From positions 5,673,725 through 5,737,724 of the forward strand of contig NC_057759.1 in assembly GCF_004010195.1 (NCBI RefSeq): a stretch of 64,000 nt of DNA, written 5' to 3'. Positions 1 through 13,271 of the stretch are shown piece by piece (the first letter of the stretch is position 1; every line of letters starts with the position of its first letter). The DNA is from Chiloscyllium plagiosum. Its lineage: Eukaryota. The notes beneath the pieces were generated by a model, which saw only the letters and a list, made by a program, of their open reading frames with translations, was not told the origin of the DNA and did no database searches. The translations under genes were made by a program, and so were the position numbers.

Positions 1-290
1 CTTTTCTAAGGATTCACTCTATCTTTGCTGTCTATACCTGACATATGCTCCCTTCATTTTCATGACCAAAACTTCAACTTCTCTCATCATCCAGCATTGC
101 CTTCGCCTACTAGGCTTTCCTTTCACCCTAAAAGGCATATACTCTCTGAATTCTCGTTAACTCATTTTTGAAAGCTTCTCATTTTCCAGTCAACCCTTTA
201 CCTGTGAACATTTCTCCACACCCCCCCTCACAATCAACATTTGAAAGTTCTTGCCTAATACTGTCAAGCCCATTGACATTGACACCATTT
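1..290 (-). mobile_element. CR1-type LINE fragment (ORF2 linker region)
   Basis: Resembles the CR1 segment at ~46990-47250 in this window (e.g. ttttgaaagcttctcattttccag vs ttttgaaggcttcacattttccag). Confidence 0.6.
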
Positions 291-1664
291 TCAAAGAGTG
301 TTACTCTGAATTCTTGTCCAAAATGCACCTTGCAAATCTTTGAGGGGCCCTATTTTCATCCTAGTTATCCTTTTGCCCTTAATGTATTTCTAGAATTCCT
401 TTGGATTCTTGGATCTATATTTAATATGACGTTTTTTAAAGTTAAAAGCAAGGTGGGGAAAAAATCAGGCTGTAACATAATTTCAAAAAACATACATAAC
501 ATAGATGTTTAATGCAGACGTAGAAGGAAACTAAACAAAAGTCACCAATTTATAGAATGAAACACCGTTATTAAGTTTATTAGTGATTGGGCAGGACAGA
601 ATTAATCCTTTGAACAGCTGTCACGTACAGACACATGACAATTAAATAATGTGAATTCCAAACACACATCCTGTGCCAAAGCCTGACAAATAAAACTGCA
701 AATGACAGAAACCAGAAACAAAAGTAATAATTGCTGGAAAAACTCAGCACGTCTGGCAACATCTGTCGAGAGAAAGCAGAGTTAAAGCTTTGTGACCAGT
801 GATTGTTGTTCAGAACTGAGATTCTCCAGGAATTTCTGTCTTTGTTCCTGACAAATGGAGAATAATTACTACAGGCGCGCGCACACACACAGAGCAACTG
901 TCAAGTTCTGAATTAGTTTAAAATACTAATATCTTAAGTACAGACAATGACTAATAGTTATGGATTTCCATATAAACTGCAGGCAACGGAAAATGATACA
1001 GCCGAGATGAATACCACTCTCACATGGAGTCATTGTGGTCTGCAGCAGTCAGAAACATCCAGCTAACAATTTTACTCCCATTCAGACAGCGTACCATTTC
1101 CATAAATGTATCATGGTGGCAGAGGAGCTGCCATTCCCACCTTTATCACAGCGTCATTCTCCATTTCTCCAACTTGCAGGAACAGATTTTCTTTTTAACT
1201 CTACCTTCATCAAAAACACGTCTCGTGCCTTTGTTTCAAATGGAATTAAATTTTCTACATATAACCCTGCCCTCCTCTTGACCCTCGTTCTGAAGTCTGA
1301 TGTAAAACACAAGAAAATTTGGTTCCATTTTCTCAAATACTCAATGTGATCACAATCATATTTTGAAACAGTGGAGTAGGAAAGATTTAGTGAGATAGGT
1401 AAAGCCGCTCAATTTTCTTTTTGCAACAGGAGTTCAAGAGTTTCATTCTTCAATAAATTTACTTTGACTGTTCCAATTTCCTCCACTGCACAAGAGAAAA
1501 TCAAAGTCCTTCTGCCTTCCTCCTCCCCTGATAGAGCCACACAATGTCCCAATGATGGTGACCCTCTCACAATACAGAGCAGGTTAATGAACACCTACCT
1601 TTACTTCAACGCTGTTCAAATAGTTATATCACTGTGCACTGAGAACACTTCCTGGTTATGACCT

Positions 1665-3080
1665 TGATTAGGAGGGACAATGAGCTGAGGAGTGGCAGAT
1701 GGAGTTTACTTCAGATACACGTGAGGTTTTACATTTTGATAACGCAAAGCAGGGCAGGAATGGTACACTTAGTGGTGGGGCCTTGGCGAGTGTTGCTGAA
1801 CAAAGAGACTCCTGAGTGCAGCTGCATATTTCCTTGAAAATAGTCACAGGTAGACTGGGCAGTGAAGAAGGCATTTGGCATGCTTGTCTTCATTGGTCAG
1901 AACATTGAGTGTAGGAGTTGGGATGTCATGTGGTGGCTGTCCAGGACATTGGTGAGGCCACTTTTAGGAGATGGAGTACAATGCTCATCACCCTTCTCCA
2001 GGAAGGATGTTGTTAAACTTTAGATGCTGCAGAAAAGATTTACAAGGATGTTATAGTGATATAGAGTCATACGGCATAGAAACGGGCCCTCACCATGTGC
2101 ATGATGTCCAACAAACACCAAACTGCAATCTACCTGCACTTGGCCCATAGCCTACTATACCCTGTTTTTTTTTAAAGGCATATCCAGGTGCTGCTTAAAT
2201 GCTGTGAGAGTACTCCACCACCCTCTCAGGCAGCATGTTCCAAACTTTGCCCACTCTCTAGATCAAAATATTTTTCTCTGGTATCTTCTAAACTGCATTC
2301 TCCGCACCTTCAACTTGTAACCTTTGGTCTTAGACACATCAGCCATGGGGAGAAAGATCCTCACGATCTACTCTGTCTGTATCTCTCATAATTTGACATA
2401 CTTCAGTCAGATCCTCCCTCCACCTCCTCGGCTCCAATGAAACCAAACCTGGCCTATCCAGTCTCTCCTCACGATGGAGACTTTCCAACCTACTGCACCC
2501 TCTCCAGTACAATCACACCTTCTGATAGTGTGGTAACCAAAAGTGCACACATCAGTCTTCTATCTGTTGCCGAGCCAATATTTTGTAAATTTATCAGAAG
2601 ACTTTCTTGCTGTTATATTGTACCGCTCTGGTAATTCTGTATGCCTCCTTCAGCAGCCTGTCTGCCTGTGCTGACACCTTCTGTGATCTATAGACTTGTA
2701 CACCATGGTCCCCTTCTTTCTCAGTATTCCCTAGGGACCAGCCCTTCATTGTGTAATTCTTTCCCGTATTAGACCTCCCAAAATGCATTACCTCATACTT
2801 ACCAGGATTAAATTCCATCTGCCATTGCACTGCCCAATGTACTCATACTGTAGCCTGAGACCATCCCCGTTACTGCCAATCACACCCCTCATTTTCATAT
2901 CACAGAACAAAGAACAGTACAGCATAGGAACAGGCCCATCACCCTCCAAACCTGCACTGAAACATTTTGCGCTTCCACATGAAAATCTCATCTGCAGGCT
3001 GACTAATCATATGTTCTACATTCACATCCAAGTCATTAATGTACATAACAAACAGCAAGGATCCCAGCACTGATCCCGGT
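1665..3080. mobile_element. Cluster of CR1 LINE 3' fragments in both orientations
   Basis: Translated remnants WQMEFNPGKYEVMHFGRSN, GSVLGSLLFVMYINDLD typical of CR1 RT; 3' tails with ctat(g)a-type repeats. Confidence 0.8.
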
Positions 3081-3084
3081 GGCT

Positions 3085-4507
3085 GTCGTGGTGGCCTGTA
3101 TCTGGCCAGAATAAAGTGGCCCATGTCTGTTAACACAAACTGGTGTGTAAGTGGAAAGTAGAATTAAACAGCAGGATGTGAAACAGAATGGTGGGCAGAA
3201 ACTAAGCTAAACAGCCTACTTACATGCAGTGGGGCATAATGATACCATTGAACAAGCCACTGCAAGGACAGTAAAAAGGACAAGAAGATCGAAGGTCCAA
3301 TAAATGAGTAACTCCAGCCACATTAAATGAAAGGGTAATTGTCCCAGTTACTGAACAGACACCAGGTGCTAGTTACAGCCCATTAATGCTCTAAACAGCT
3401 GACGGTGCAACAGCTAAAGTTATCTTATAGTACTCAGTTTCTTGAAATATGTTAGAATATTAAGAAAAAGATTGTCATAAAGAGTAGTTTTCAACATAAC
3501 AAATAGGTGCATAATACCAAAGCATAAAGGGGAAAAGAAGCATTTTATACCTGGAAGTGAAGGTTTAGGTATAGGTAACTTTAGGTAACACCTAAAGTTA
3601 GCTTTAGGTAACACCTTCTTTTACACCCAGAACAAAATAGATTGCTCACAGCCCATTAATCACAAAGTGCTAACAGTTGGGGGCAAATCTTAGTTTTGTA
3701 ACTAAGATTTTATAACAGAAATTAAAATTCCAAGTTGATAGCAATTAAGTCAAAACAGGCTGTCCTTTGTTTATTTCTTCAGATATAATTCGGGAAGTTG
3801 GGAATATAAGAGGAGCAATTGAATTTGATAACATGGAATACAGTGACTAACAGCATTCAAGCTGTCCCTAGAGACAAGCTAGCCTCAGAGAAACCAGAAG
3901 GTGTTCGGCAAATAACTTTGGAATGTGAATGACTAGGATGCACAGAAAGATCACAAGGCCTAGAGATTACATTTATCTTCATTTATTCCCATTTATCTCT
4001 CCACCCTGGAGGCTTCCTGCCTCTATTCCTGATGAAGGGCTTTTGCCCGAAACGTCGATTTTCCTGCTCCTCGGATGCTGCCTGACCGGCTGTGTTTTTC
4101 CAGCACCACATTAATCTAAACTCTGGTTTCCAGCAACTGCAGTCCTCACTTTTGCCAAGAGATTACAATGTCCACTAAACTCTAAGAGATCAGTGAATCC
4201 TGGGGCTGTCCATAGAAGTGCCAATCATTGTATACTCTATTCTATGAGACACCTAACCAAAGTAAGGGGGAGGATCATGACAATTACATACAATGTGATT
4301 ACTAACAGAAAGTTTATAAAAAGTACTGCTTTTTATTGTAAAATCAGAGTGCGTCATGGACCTCTATTCTGAGGCCAGTCTCAGGGGAAGATTATTTGGG
4401 CCTCTCCCTGCATTAACTAGTTTCTGATTGAATAAATACCAACCATTTGCCTGAATCCTGCCTGCCTGCTGAGTCTTTCATCCCCAGTCGGGGGTTATGC
4501 TCCAACA
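3085..4507 (+). mobile_element. Probable solo LTR interrupting CR1 sequence
   Basis: Non-coding block starting TG and ending CA between CR1 pieces, with TATAAAA (~4315) and AATAAA (~4431); no TSD found, boundaries uncertain. Confidence 0.35.
3972..4157 (+). mobile_element. Penelope-like pseudo-LTR fragment with hammerhead core
   Basis: CTGATGAAGGGCTTTTGCCCGAAACGTC at ~4029-4056; 10-bp TSD AGAGATTACA at 3962-3971 and 4158-4167. Confidence 0.75.
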
Positions 4508-4976
4508 AAGGCCTTACAGAAGTCCATGTATACCTCGTCAACTGCACTACTCTCATCAGGATGTTTTGTTGCTAGGACTGGAGGTTTTCAGATAGGGGTG
4601 AGGCTGAACAGGCTGTTGCTTTGTTCCCTGGACTGTCGGAGAATGAGGTGTGACCTTTGTACAGGTTGAGAAAAGTTATTAGGGTGAATAGCCAAGGTCT
4701 TTTTCTGAATGCGGATGAGTGCAAAAATAGACAGCACAGGTTTGAATTGTGGAAAAAAGATTTTAAAAGACACTGTGGGGTTACTTTATCACAGAGGGTG
4801 GTGCTTGTATGGAATGAGCTACCAGAGGAAGTGGAGGTGATGGGTACAATTACAAACTTTTATAGGCACCTTGGATATATACAAGAATAGGAACAGTTTA
4901 GAGGGATATGTGCCAAATGCTGGCAAATGTGACGAGCCATGATGTGGAGGTGCTGGTGTTGGACTGGGGTGGACAA

Positions 4977-5124
4977 AGTTAAGAATCACACAACACCAGT
5001 TTCTTGTACAGCAGATTTATTTGGAAGCACCAGCTTTCAGTGCACTGCTCCTTCATCGCTCTGAAAACTAGTGCTTCCACATAAACCTGTTGTACTACAA
5101 CCTAGTGTTGAGAGATTTTTAACT
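4977..5124. repeat. Fold-back (inverted) pair of Penelope-like 3' ends
   Basis: aagttaagaatcacacaacaccag...ggaagcaccagctttcag is approximately the reverse complement of ctgaaaactagtgcttcc...tgttgagagatttttaactt. Confidence 0.65.
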
Positions 5125-8100
5125 TAAATGGAATGAGGTCAGATTCTAACAGCTTGGTCAGCACTAACAGCTTGGACCAAAGGATCTGTTTCAGTGCTGT
5201 ATAACTGTGTGACTCTCTGACGGCCAGACCTTGATATCACTACTCCCAGTTAGACTCTGCACTATCAGAGTTGCAATGGTCAATTGCCTTTACCTCCTTG
5301 ACTCTGAAGAACAGCACAGATCCGTTCTGTGACAATGTGTTGGGGTTTCACTTGCCTGTGAATTCTACAGGCGCAAACAGTCAAAGAAAATAAGATCCTT
5401 CTTATTCACTTTAGGAAACATGAACTGAAAACTCTGTCCTTTGATAGCTGGCTGTCCACTCAACAGCAAGCATTTAAACTGCTCAGTACCACAATACAGG
5501 AAAATTGAAGCAAGATCAATCAAGTGTGGGCATCCTTCCTGTATCATAACAACTGTTTCTTTCAAAAATCTTTTTTATACATAAAATCAGTGCATGTACA
5601 CAACAGCCCAAGTCGTCAACATTAAATTTTAGTTTCCAAGTTTTTCACTAGGCAACATGGCTCTAATCTGATCATAGTCTGTCACATCTGAGCAGGGTTT
5701 TGAAGGTCAATAAACTGTATCAACAGTCCCATTGAATAGCACAGACTGACGGGTAGAGAGTACTTCCCAAGTCCACAAACCGTGTAAGTGAATGGAAGAA
5801 ACAAGATGAGTTCTGAGCTCTCAGAAGAACAAACAGTTGCAGACTGCACCAGTTATTGACCTTATTCATGTAAGGAAGGACTTGAAGGAAAATTATAATT
5901 TCTGGACATAACAAAGAGTGAGATGATGCCAATACACAGTGGGTACAGAATAACTTGCAAAGTACAGAAATACTGTCAGGTTGATAGGTCTATTGGCAAA
6001 AATGGAAAAGTCACGACCTCAAAGGTATCGCAGTTGGGAGAGCGAGCATTTCATTAAACAAGTAGTCCAGGACAGTGTGAGAATGTGTCAGCCCCTGTGT
6101 ACAAGTGAACTTCCTATAGATTTTAAATGCATGTTATCAACTTGGTCAAAAAGTAAATTCTACTTGTTTATTAGAAAATACTGAACCTATTGCATGTTCA
6201 CAATGTATTCCACTTAAGAGGGAAAGAAGTAAATAAAAATCCAGACTAATTATTCATTCGATTATCTCACCATGGCTTAAACATGCTGTCTGACTCCCTG
6301 ACTGTATGTAGTTCGTGTATCAATTCTTTCTGTCCAAACTGGAGGAATTAAATAGCAGGCCAAGTGCCAGATTGAAGCAAATATAGTAATTTAATTTATT
6401 TCCACAAGGAGGAAACAGAACAAATCTCAGACAAAATGACTGAATACATACTTTGATTTGAAACGGTGCAAAAGGAAATCGAACGTTGACATGAAAAGGT
6501 ACACATTTAAACAGATACCGAGAGATTATTGGACACAGAATGAAATAACTCTCATTACTGGTCTTGTTATAAGTGTGAACAATAAATTCAAAGTACACAT
6601 TCAGACCAGAGACTGACCAATCCAGAAAATACCTTACAAACATAAACTTACCATCGAATAAACGTTGTGGAAATTATCCAAACTGCTTTAGAGTGTCAGA
6701 GACTGACAATGGTCTAAAAAGTCTCACTTTCATTTCGAGTACATAGAATTTCTCCAGTGCACATAGAGGTAATTCGGCCCATCAGCCTCCAACAACTCGC
6801 CAAAGCACATCCCACCCAGTTGTTAGTTAATCACTCTCTGTTATACTTAAAGTAAAGATTAACAGCTTTATTTCTTCAACTAGTTCTAGGCCTATCAAAT
6901 TTTCACAGATTACTGCATGAGATAAATATTTTGTGTGTTGCTGGTTTTAAATTAATAAAGAGGTTTACCCCATGTCGTAACAAAACCAATGCAGACATGG
7001 GGAACATGTCTGTGTGCAATTTGCACACAATGAGCCAAGGCTGGAATTGAAATTGTGTCCCTGGCACCAGTGTGCCATGATGCTACCCTGACATGGATGG
7101 CAATAGATAAAATCTTATTCATGTTGAGCAACAGAGACTTGAAGTAAAAAGAGCTCCTGCAGTTTCTGGGAAGTGTCATCTTAAACAGAGCCAAATATTA
7201 TAAGTACACTCACTTATTCACAGAGCACACACTGAGAGGTACAGATACTTACAAATGCACTCATCCATTCATGTAGTTGAAACTGTCAGGTATGGATTGA
7301 AAACTGCACTCAAATATTCATATTGGAGAAACTGACAGGTATAGATTTAAGACAAAGTTCTCATGCATTTAAAAAAACTGACAGGTACATTTTGATGACA
7401 CACATTCTCAGAGCTGAGTACACACAGGCAGATAAAAGTGTCACTGGCTTCTCATTTTTCTTATTGCCTTATTTTGAGACATTTAAACTGACACAAGTCT
7501 GAAAGAAATTAATAACTGTAGTGTATATACCCTGCAATTGCATGATAGAAATGAGAGGCATCATTCACCTTTCACTTTATCTCTAACTTACTGTGTGTGC
7601 TCACAGATCACATACTGACAGATTCAATTACAAGTCACCGTAACATAACAGGGATGGACTAAAAAAATTCATTTCATCTGAAAGTTAGAAATGTTGAAAT
7701 AGTTGCTCTCTCACATGCCAGTGATTGACAGAAACTGAGTAAAAACAAGATTAGAAACAACAAACTGGCAGTTACAGAATGAAATATGGAGTCAGCTGCA
7801 AAACAATGAATTGTTAGGATACAATGCAACTATTCACTGGTGAGAAACTGACATAAACAGTGTAACATCAGCAGTAACATTGTTATTGCCAATTTCTGCA
7901 TTGTACAACATATTGTTCCTTACCAAATGCTGCAGTTATAAATACAAACTTACTGTCAATGCGCAGAAGCTGATATTCAAAGGATATGATTTGGAGGGGA
8001 GGGAGTCCTGCCTGAGACTGTCCAAAGTGGAGTTTGGTCATACTCAGAATTGTAGGTACTAAATGAGGAACATTCTTATGTTAATGACTGACACCTCCAG

Positions 8101-8144
8101 CGTAAAAACAAGTTACACTTCAGAAGGTTTGACCTGTAAAGACT

Positions 8145-8400
8145 GTGAAATAGAGTAAACAAAAATGCTTTACCACCCAGAAATGGATAGACACAGATTG
8201 GAGGAACATTTCCAAGTGGCAGGCAAATGGTGTAAAGTTTTACTGCTTACATCAGTGTTTGGTGGATACAGAAGTGAAATAGAGTAAACAAAAATGCTTT
8301 ACCACCCAGAAATGGATAGACAGATTGGAGGAACATTTCCAAGTGGCAGGCAAATGGTGTAAAGTTTTACAGCTTCCATCAGTGTTTGGTGGATACAGAA
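8145..8400. repeat. Direct tandem duplication, ~128 bp x 2
   Basis: gtgaaatagagtaaacaaaaatgc...ggtggatacagaa repeated at 8145 and 8274 with only a few differences. Confidence 0.95.
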
Positions 8401-8865
8401 TAAAACCTGTTTTGAAGTAACACTAATTGACGATTACACAGAGGACCAGAGTCTCAATGGACAGGTGTTGAATTCATGCCAAATGTCGAAATAAGGACTC
8501 GATAGCTACAAAGTTAAAGTGACACATATATAACATGCTAACGGTTGCTGGATAACAGCCATTCGTATGAGACTGAGAAATGCTCTAAATCCCTGCGTGA
8601 AAGTTCAATGCTCCTAAATAAAAACTGCAGCAACGTGGTTCTGATGCACTGCAGTTACTTGCAAAGCACACAGTTAAAGAACGGTCTCCGGGCCCACAGT
8701 TAGCAATCAAGTTCTCAGAAATATATCAATCCCATGTCAAGACAGAGATTTTCAACCCGTGACTCAAAAAAAAACGTTTTATACAGGGACTTTTTTTCAT
8801 CTCTCTCCAACTCCGTGCAGTTGAAAACGAGTTCCATCAACCCCAAACCTAGAAAACACTCACAG

Positions 8866-9191
8866 TCTTAGAATCCCTACAGTGTAGAATTAGGCACTTT
8901 GGCCCAATAACACCGACTCTCCGAAGAGTAATCCACCCAGACCCATTCCCCATTATTCTGCATTTACCCCTGATTGATGCAGCTAACCTACACATCCCAG
9001 AACATTATGGGCAGTCAGCATGGCCAATTCACCTCCCTGCACGTCTTTGAATTGAGAGAGGGAAACTGAGCACCCGGAGGAAACCCGCTCAGACAAGGGG
9101 AGAATGTGCAAAGTTCCCCACAGACAGTCGCCCGAAACTGGAATCGAAGCAGGGTCCCTGGCGCTGTGAGGCAGCAGTGCGAACCACTGAG
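8866..9191 (-). mobile_element. tRNA-derived SINE (HE1-like elasmobranch SINE)
   Basis: Minus strand starts ctcagtggttcgcactgctgcctcacagcgccagggaccctgcttcgattcc (A/B-box tRNA head) and ends in CR1-like tail ctacactgtagggattct. Confidence 0.75.
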
Positions 9192-9486
9192 AAAAGTGGC
9201 AAGCTCAGTGTTAATTCCAGCCCAGAGGGAGGACCAGAAACAAACATGCGGAGCTAGAAACACACCCTTCCACTCTCACATCATCACAACAACGAGCAAA
9301 AGGAAACAGAGCCAATACCACAGTCACTTTCTGTGACAGGCACAAAACAAATCTCCCTCAGTCAGACTGACAGGAACAGAATCACCATCCACTTCACATT
9401 TCATTGCAGATTCTGACAATCACATTGCGTTCCACTCTAACCAAGCACAGAGACGGAGTGTTTGGGAATGGTTCCGTGTAAACTAC

Positions 9487-9550
9487 CCAATCAGGAACCA
9501 GGCTTTACCCCATCCTTTATTAGCATTGATGACGCCATCGGTCTATAAAA
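9487..9550 (+). promoter_or_regulatory. Histone H2B promoter (CCAAT, octamer-like H2B box, CRE half-site, TATA)
   Basis: CCAAT 9487-9491, ATTAGCAT 9519-9526 (cf. ATTTGCAT H2B octamer), TGACG 9530-9534, TATAAAA 9544-9550. Confidence 0.8.
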
Positions 9551-9603
9551 TGGGAGCTCCGAGCCCGTTTTCCCTTATTCTGTGTCTGAGAGTGAGCGGC
9601 GCT

Positions 9604-9984
9604 ATGGCTGATGAGAAGAAAGTCCAGCAAACTTCCAAGAAGGGCGCGAAGAAAATCATCAAGAAGGCACCAGCGAAGGGCGGTAAGAAGAGGAAGCGGA
9701 CCAGGAAAGAAAGTTTCTACATTTACATCTACAAAGTGATGAAGCAGGTTCACCCCGACACCGGCATCTCTTCCAAGGCCATGAGCATCATGAACTCGTT
9801 CGTCAGCGATATTTTCGAGCGCATCGCGGGGGAGGCTTCCCGCCTGGCCCATTACAACAAGCGCAGCACCATCAGCTCCCGGGAGATCCAGACCGCCGTG
9901 CGGCTGCTGCTGCCCGGGGAGCTGGCCAAGCACGCCGTGTCGGAGGGTACAAAGGCGGTGACCAAGTACACCAGCTCCAAGTGA
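9604..9984 (+). CDS. H2B: Histone H2B, replication-dependent, intronless (126 aa)
   Basis: MADEKK...[23 protein letters not shown]...[16 protein letters not shown]; true ATG at 9604 downstream of TATA. Confidence 0.98.
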   Translation: MADEKKVQQTSKKGAKKIIKKAPAKGGKKRKRTRKESFYIYIYKVMKQVHPDTGISSKAMSIMNSFVSDIFERIAGEASRLAHYNKRSTISSREIQTAVRLLLPGELAKHAVSEGTKAVTKYTSSK

Positions 9985-10023
9985 AGGACTGCATTACACT
10001 GAAACACACATCCACAACCCAAA

Positions 10024-10064
10024 GGCTCTTCTAAGAGCCACCCACAACCACCTTGAGACAGCTG
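10024..10064 (+). terminator. Histone 3' stem-loop plus histone downstream element
   Basis: GGCTCT-TCTA-AGAGCC at 10024-10039, preceded by CCCAAA and followed by ACCCA; purine-rich gagacagctg ~15 nt downstream. Confidence 0.9.
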
Positions 10065-11112
10065 AACCATTTTAAGAATTTTGTTTTAGTTTGCCTGTTG
10101 CTAAGGTATTTTAGCTTTTCGTACTACATTCGCTTTTATAATTGGTTTGCAATTTTGAGAGATAACGGAATGAAGGGGTGGGCTAAGAATACATCACAAA
10201 CAGCCCCTTTTCCCTGTCAGTGGAGAGACAGCAGATTAAGCACCGGTAAGTCATTTTAAAGATTGATTTGTTCTGGTCTGCATGTGATTGTTGGCCAGGT
10301 ATTTTTAGTCACATACTATATTTAATTTTATAAATGCGTTGCAAATTGACGAGGCGAGGGGAGCGACTACATGACCAAGCCCTTCCCTGTCTGTAGAGAG
10401 AGAGCAGATGAAAAAAAATGAGTCTTTTCATCGTACTTGTTCAAGTTGTTAAAAGTCTTGGTGGAATGTGAAAACTTATTTTCATCCTGGCAGACCAAAT
10501 GGAAATGCCCACCGCCTTCAGTCCCACGGATTGATGTGTTTTAGTCTTTTTTTACATTGACAATGCGCAGTTTTTAATCCGACTCTTCAGAATGCACTTT
10601 GACAGCCTCTCACCAATAGCAGAAAGTGAACCGAGAGAAAACCAAAACAGCTGCCGGGCTGAAATGTGATTTTTGCTGAATCTGATCGAGACCGATAAGG
10701 GAGACCAACTTTAAAATATCGCCTAAACACTGTGTTCGCCATTGATACTGAGCCGGAAGAATGTTGTGTGCTGCTTTATCAAACTGCAGTGTTTGGCCAG
10801 TTTTGTTTCAGCCTCTTAAGGGTTAGAAAATAACCTACACTCGATCAAAAAGGGACAGATACAGGGGGGGGGGGGAAGAGAAATGAGGGAAAGTAAGATC
10901 GTGTGACGTGTACGTTTGTACACTAAAAGTAAATTAACGAGTATTTTTTTAATTTCAGTTTTTTTTACTTTTTTTCAGTGTAAAACATACTCCTTTGTTT
11001 GGAAATTGGCGGGCTTTTCAAATTGGAAAGAAGGCGGTTGATGATTTGGCGCCGGGACTTTCCGCCCTCCTCCCCGGGCCCCCTCCGGATTGGGGAATGA
11101 GGCAGATATCTG

Positions 11113-11636
<524 letters not shown>

Positions 11637-11666
11637 AGATAGTGTTCTTGAATCTGACAACCCAAA

Positions 11667-11707
11667 GGCTCTTTTAAGGGCCACTCACAGCATCTGTGAA
11701 AGGAGCT
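11667..11707 (+). terminator. Histone 3' stem-loop plus histone downstream element
   Basis: GGCTCT-TTTA-AGGGCC 11667-11682 (one G:U pair) and GAAAGGAGCT 11698-11707. Confidence 0.9.
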
Positions 11708-12428
11708 AAACTCTGTCGGATTGATTATTTCCCTTTTAATGTGGAGAACCTTTGTACCGGACATCAATGAATTCCACGCTCCATTTAACTGGATACTGTT
11801 GCTGTCGGTTATCAGGAAGAATTTATCATACAATTGCATTTTGAGTGTCCTGAACTACAGGATTTCTTATTGAATGGTCACTGCCTGAGTGACCATTCAG
11901 TTATAGACTGGCGGCACGAACGTCCGCGATCGGGTTTGACCTCACATTAGATTCTCATTTCTTTTAAGTGCAGTAGGAAGAGCTGGGTTGACCCAGTGCA
12001 GTAACGGGTCAGTCGCTGCAGAATACAGTAAGAAACAATCCCTGACTCTCTGCGCTTTATTCTCTCTCGGTTCATATTCAGTCTTTTATCCCCTGCCTCT
12101 GGGGAGAGAGAGAGAGAAAACAGATTGAACACCAGTGAGGCATTTTCAGCTGTAAAGGCGTGAATGGGGTGAAGTGAAATTGTCTGAACTTTAATTTCGT
12201 AATCGAAAAAGCAATCAACGTGTACGTGCTCATTTATTCTCCTCTGTAAAACTTGCTGCAGGCACAAGAATAAGTTTTTGAGAAACATCGACCAGGATCG
12301 AATGGCAGAATAAACTGGATGGGCAGAATGGCCAAATGTTTCTGCATCTCAAAAGTGACGAAGCGATTCTTTACATGGAATAACCAGATTACAGTACAGT
12401 CTCGGTTGACCAAATCGACACTCTAGGA

Positions 12429-12551
12429 GAAAGTGAGGTCTGCAGATGCTGGAGATCAAAGTTGAAACTTTATTGCTGGAACAGCACAGCAGGTCAGGCA
12501 GCATCCAGGGAACAGGAGATTCGACGTTTCGGGCACAGGCCCTTCTTCAGG
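12429..12551 (-). mobile_element. Very short, young Penelope-like insertion ending at a hammerhead ribozyme
   Basis: 16-bp TSD AATCGACACTCTAGGA at 12413-12428 and 12552-12567; sequence matches 37472-37599. Confidence 0.85.
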
Positions 12552-12872
12552 AATCGACACTCTAGGAATACATGCTAACGTAAACAGCAACAAAGCGGAT
12601 CCACTGTGAATACTCTCTGCAGAACACGGCATTAGTACATTTTTTGCAATTCAAATAATTTTAAAGTCGCGATAAATGTGAAATAACTAGCCTCCCCTTC
12701 CTTTTTTATACAGCCCGGCCCGACCTGACTGAGAAAGAGCTGAGTGAGAGGCGGGTCCGGAGAGGAAACTGAGTGACAGACAGAGCAGGGAAATGGATTT
12801 GATCATCTAGCTCCGCCTCCAGCTCACTCCAGCCCCAACTGTCTCTGGGACTGAACCTTTTTTTTCTCGAAA

Positions 12873-13271
12873 ATTAAAAATCTCACAACATCAGGTTATA
12901 GTCGAACAGGTTTAATTGGAAGCATACAAGCTTTCAGAGCGCTGCTCCTTCATCAGGTGGTTGTGGAGGACACAATTGTAAAGCACAGAATTTATAGCAA
13001 AAATTTAGTGTGATGAAACTGAAATTATACATTGAAAAATACCTTGATTGTCTGAGTCTTTTATTTGTTCGAATACCATGACAGTTTCACTTCTTTCACG
13101 TGTAAATCACACAACCATTTTTAAAATTTGCATTCTCAGGTTAGCTGTAACAATGGGTGATAATTGGACAGTATGTTGAAGGTGTTAGCCCCCTGTATTC
13201 TCTGTATATGCCAATTTACAACACACTGTAAAATGTTGCTATAAATTGTGTGCCTTACAATTGTGTCCTCC
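12873..13271 (-). mobile_element. Penelope-like terminal fragment (second family) with inverted end
   Basis: Minus-strand CTGATGAAGGAGCAGCGCTCTGAAAGC at ~12929-12956; 12965-13000 inverted at 13236-13271; related pieces at ~16630-17000 and ~53510-54010. Confidence 0.6.

Noticed and set aside
8145..8400. Repeat pairs here and at 56501-56790 as CRISPR-like arrays
   Set aside because: Only two adjacent long copies with no spacers, in eukaryotic DNA.
9130..9191. tRNA gene
   Set aside because: tRNA-like head of a SINE continuous with SINE body and LINE-derived tail.
9526..9603. N-terminal extension of H2B in the ORF track
   Set aside because: The upstream start lies before the TATA box (9544), so it is not in the mRNA; the same logic applies to the GTG start ahead of H2A.
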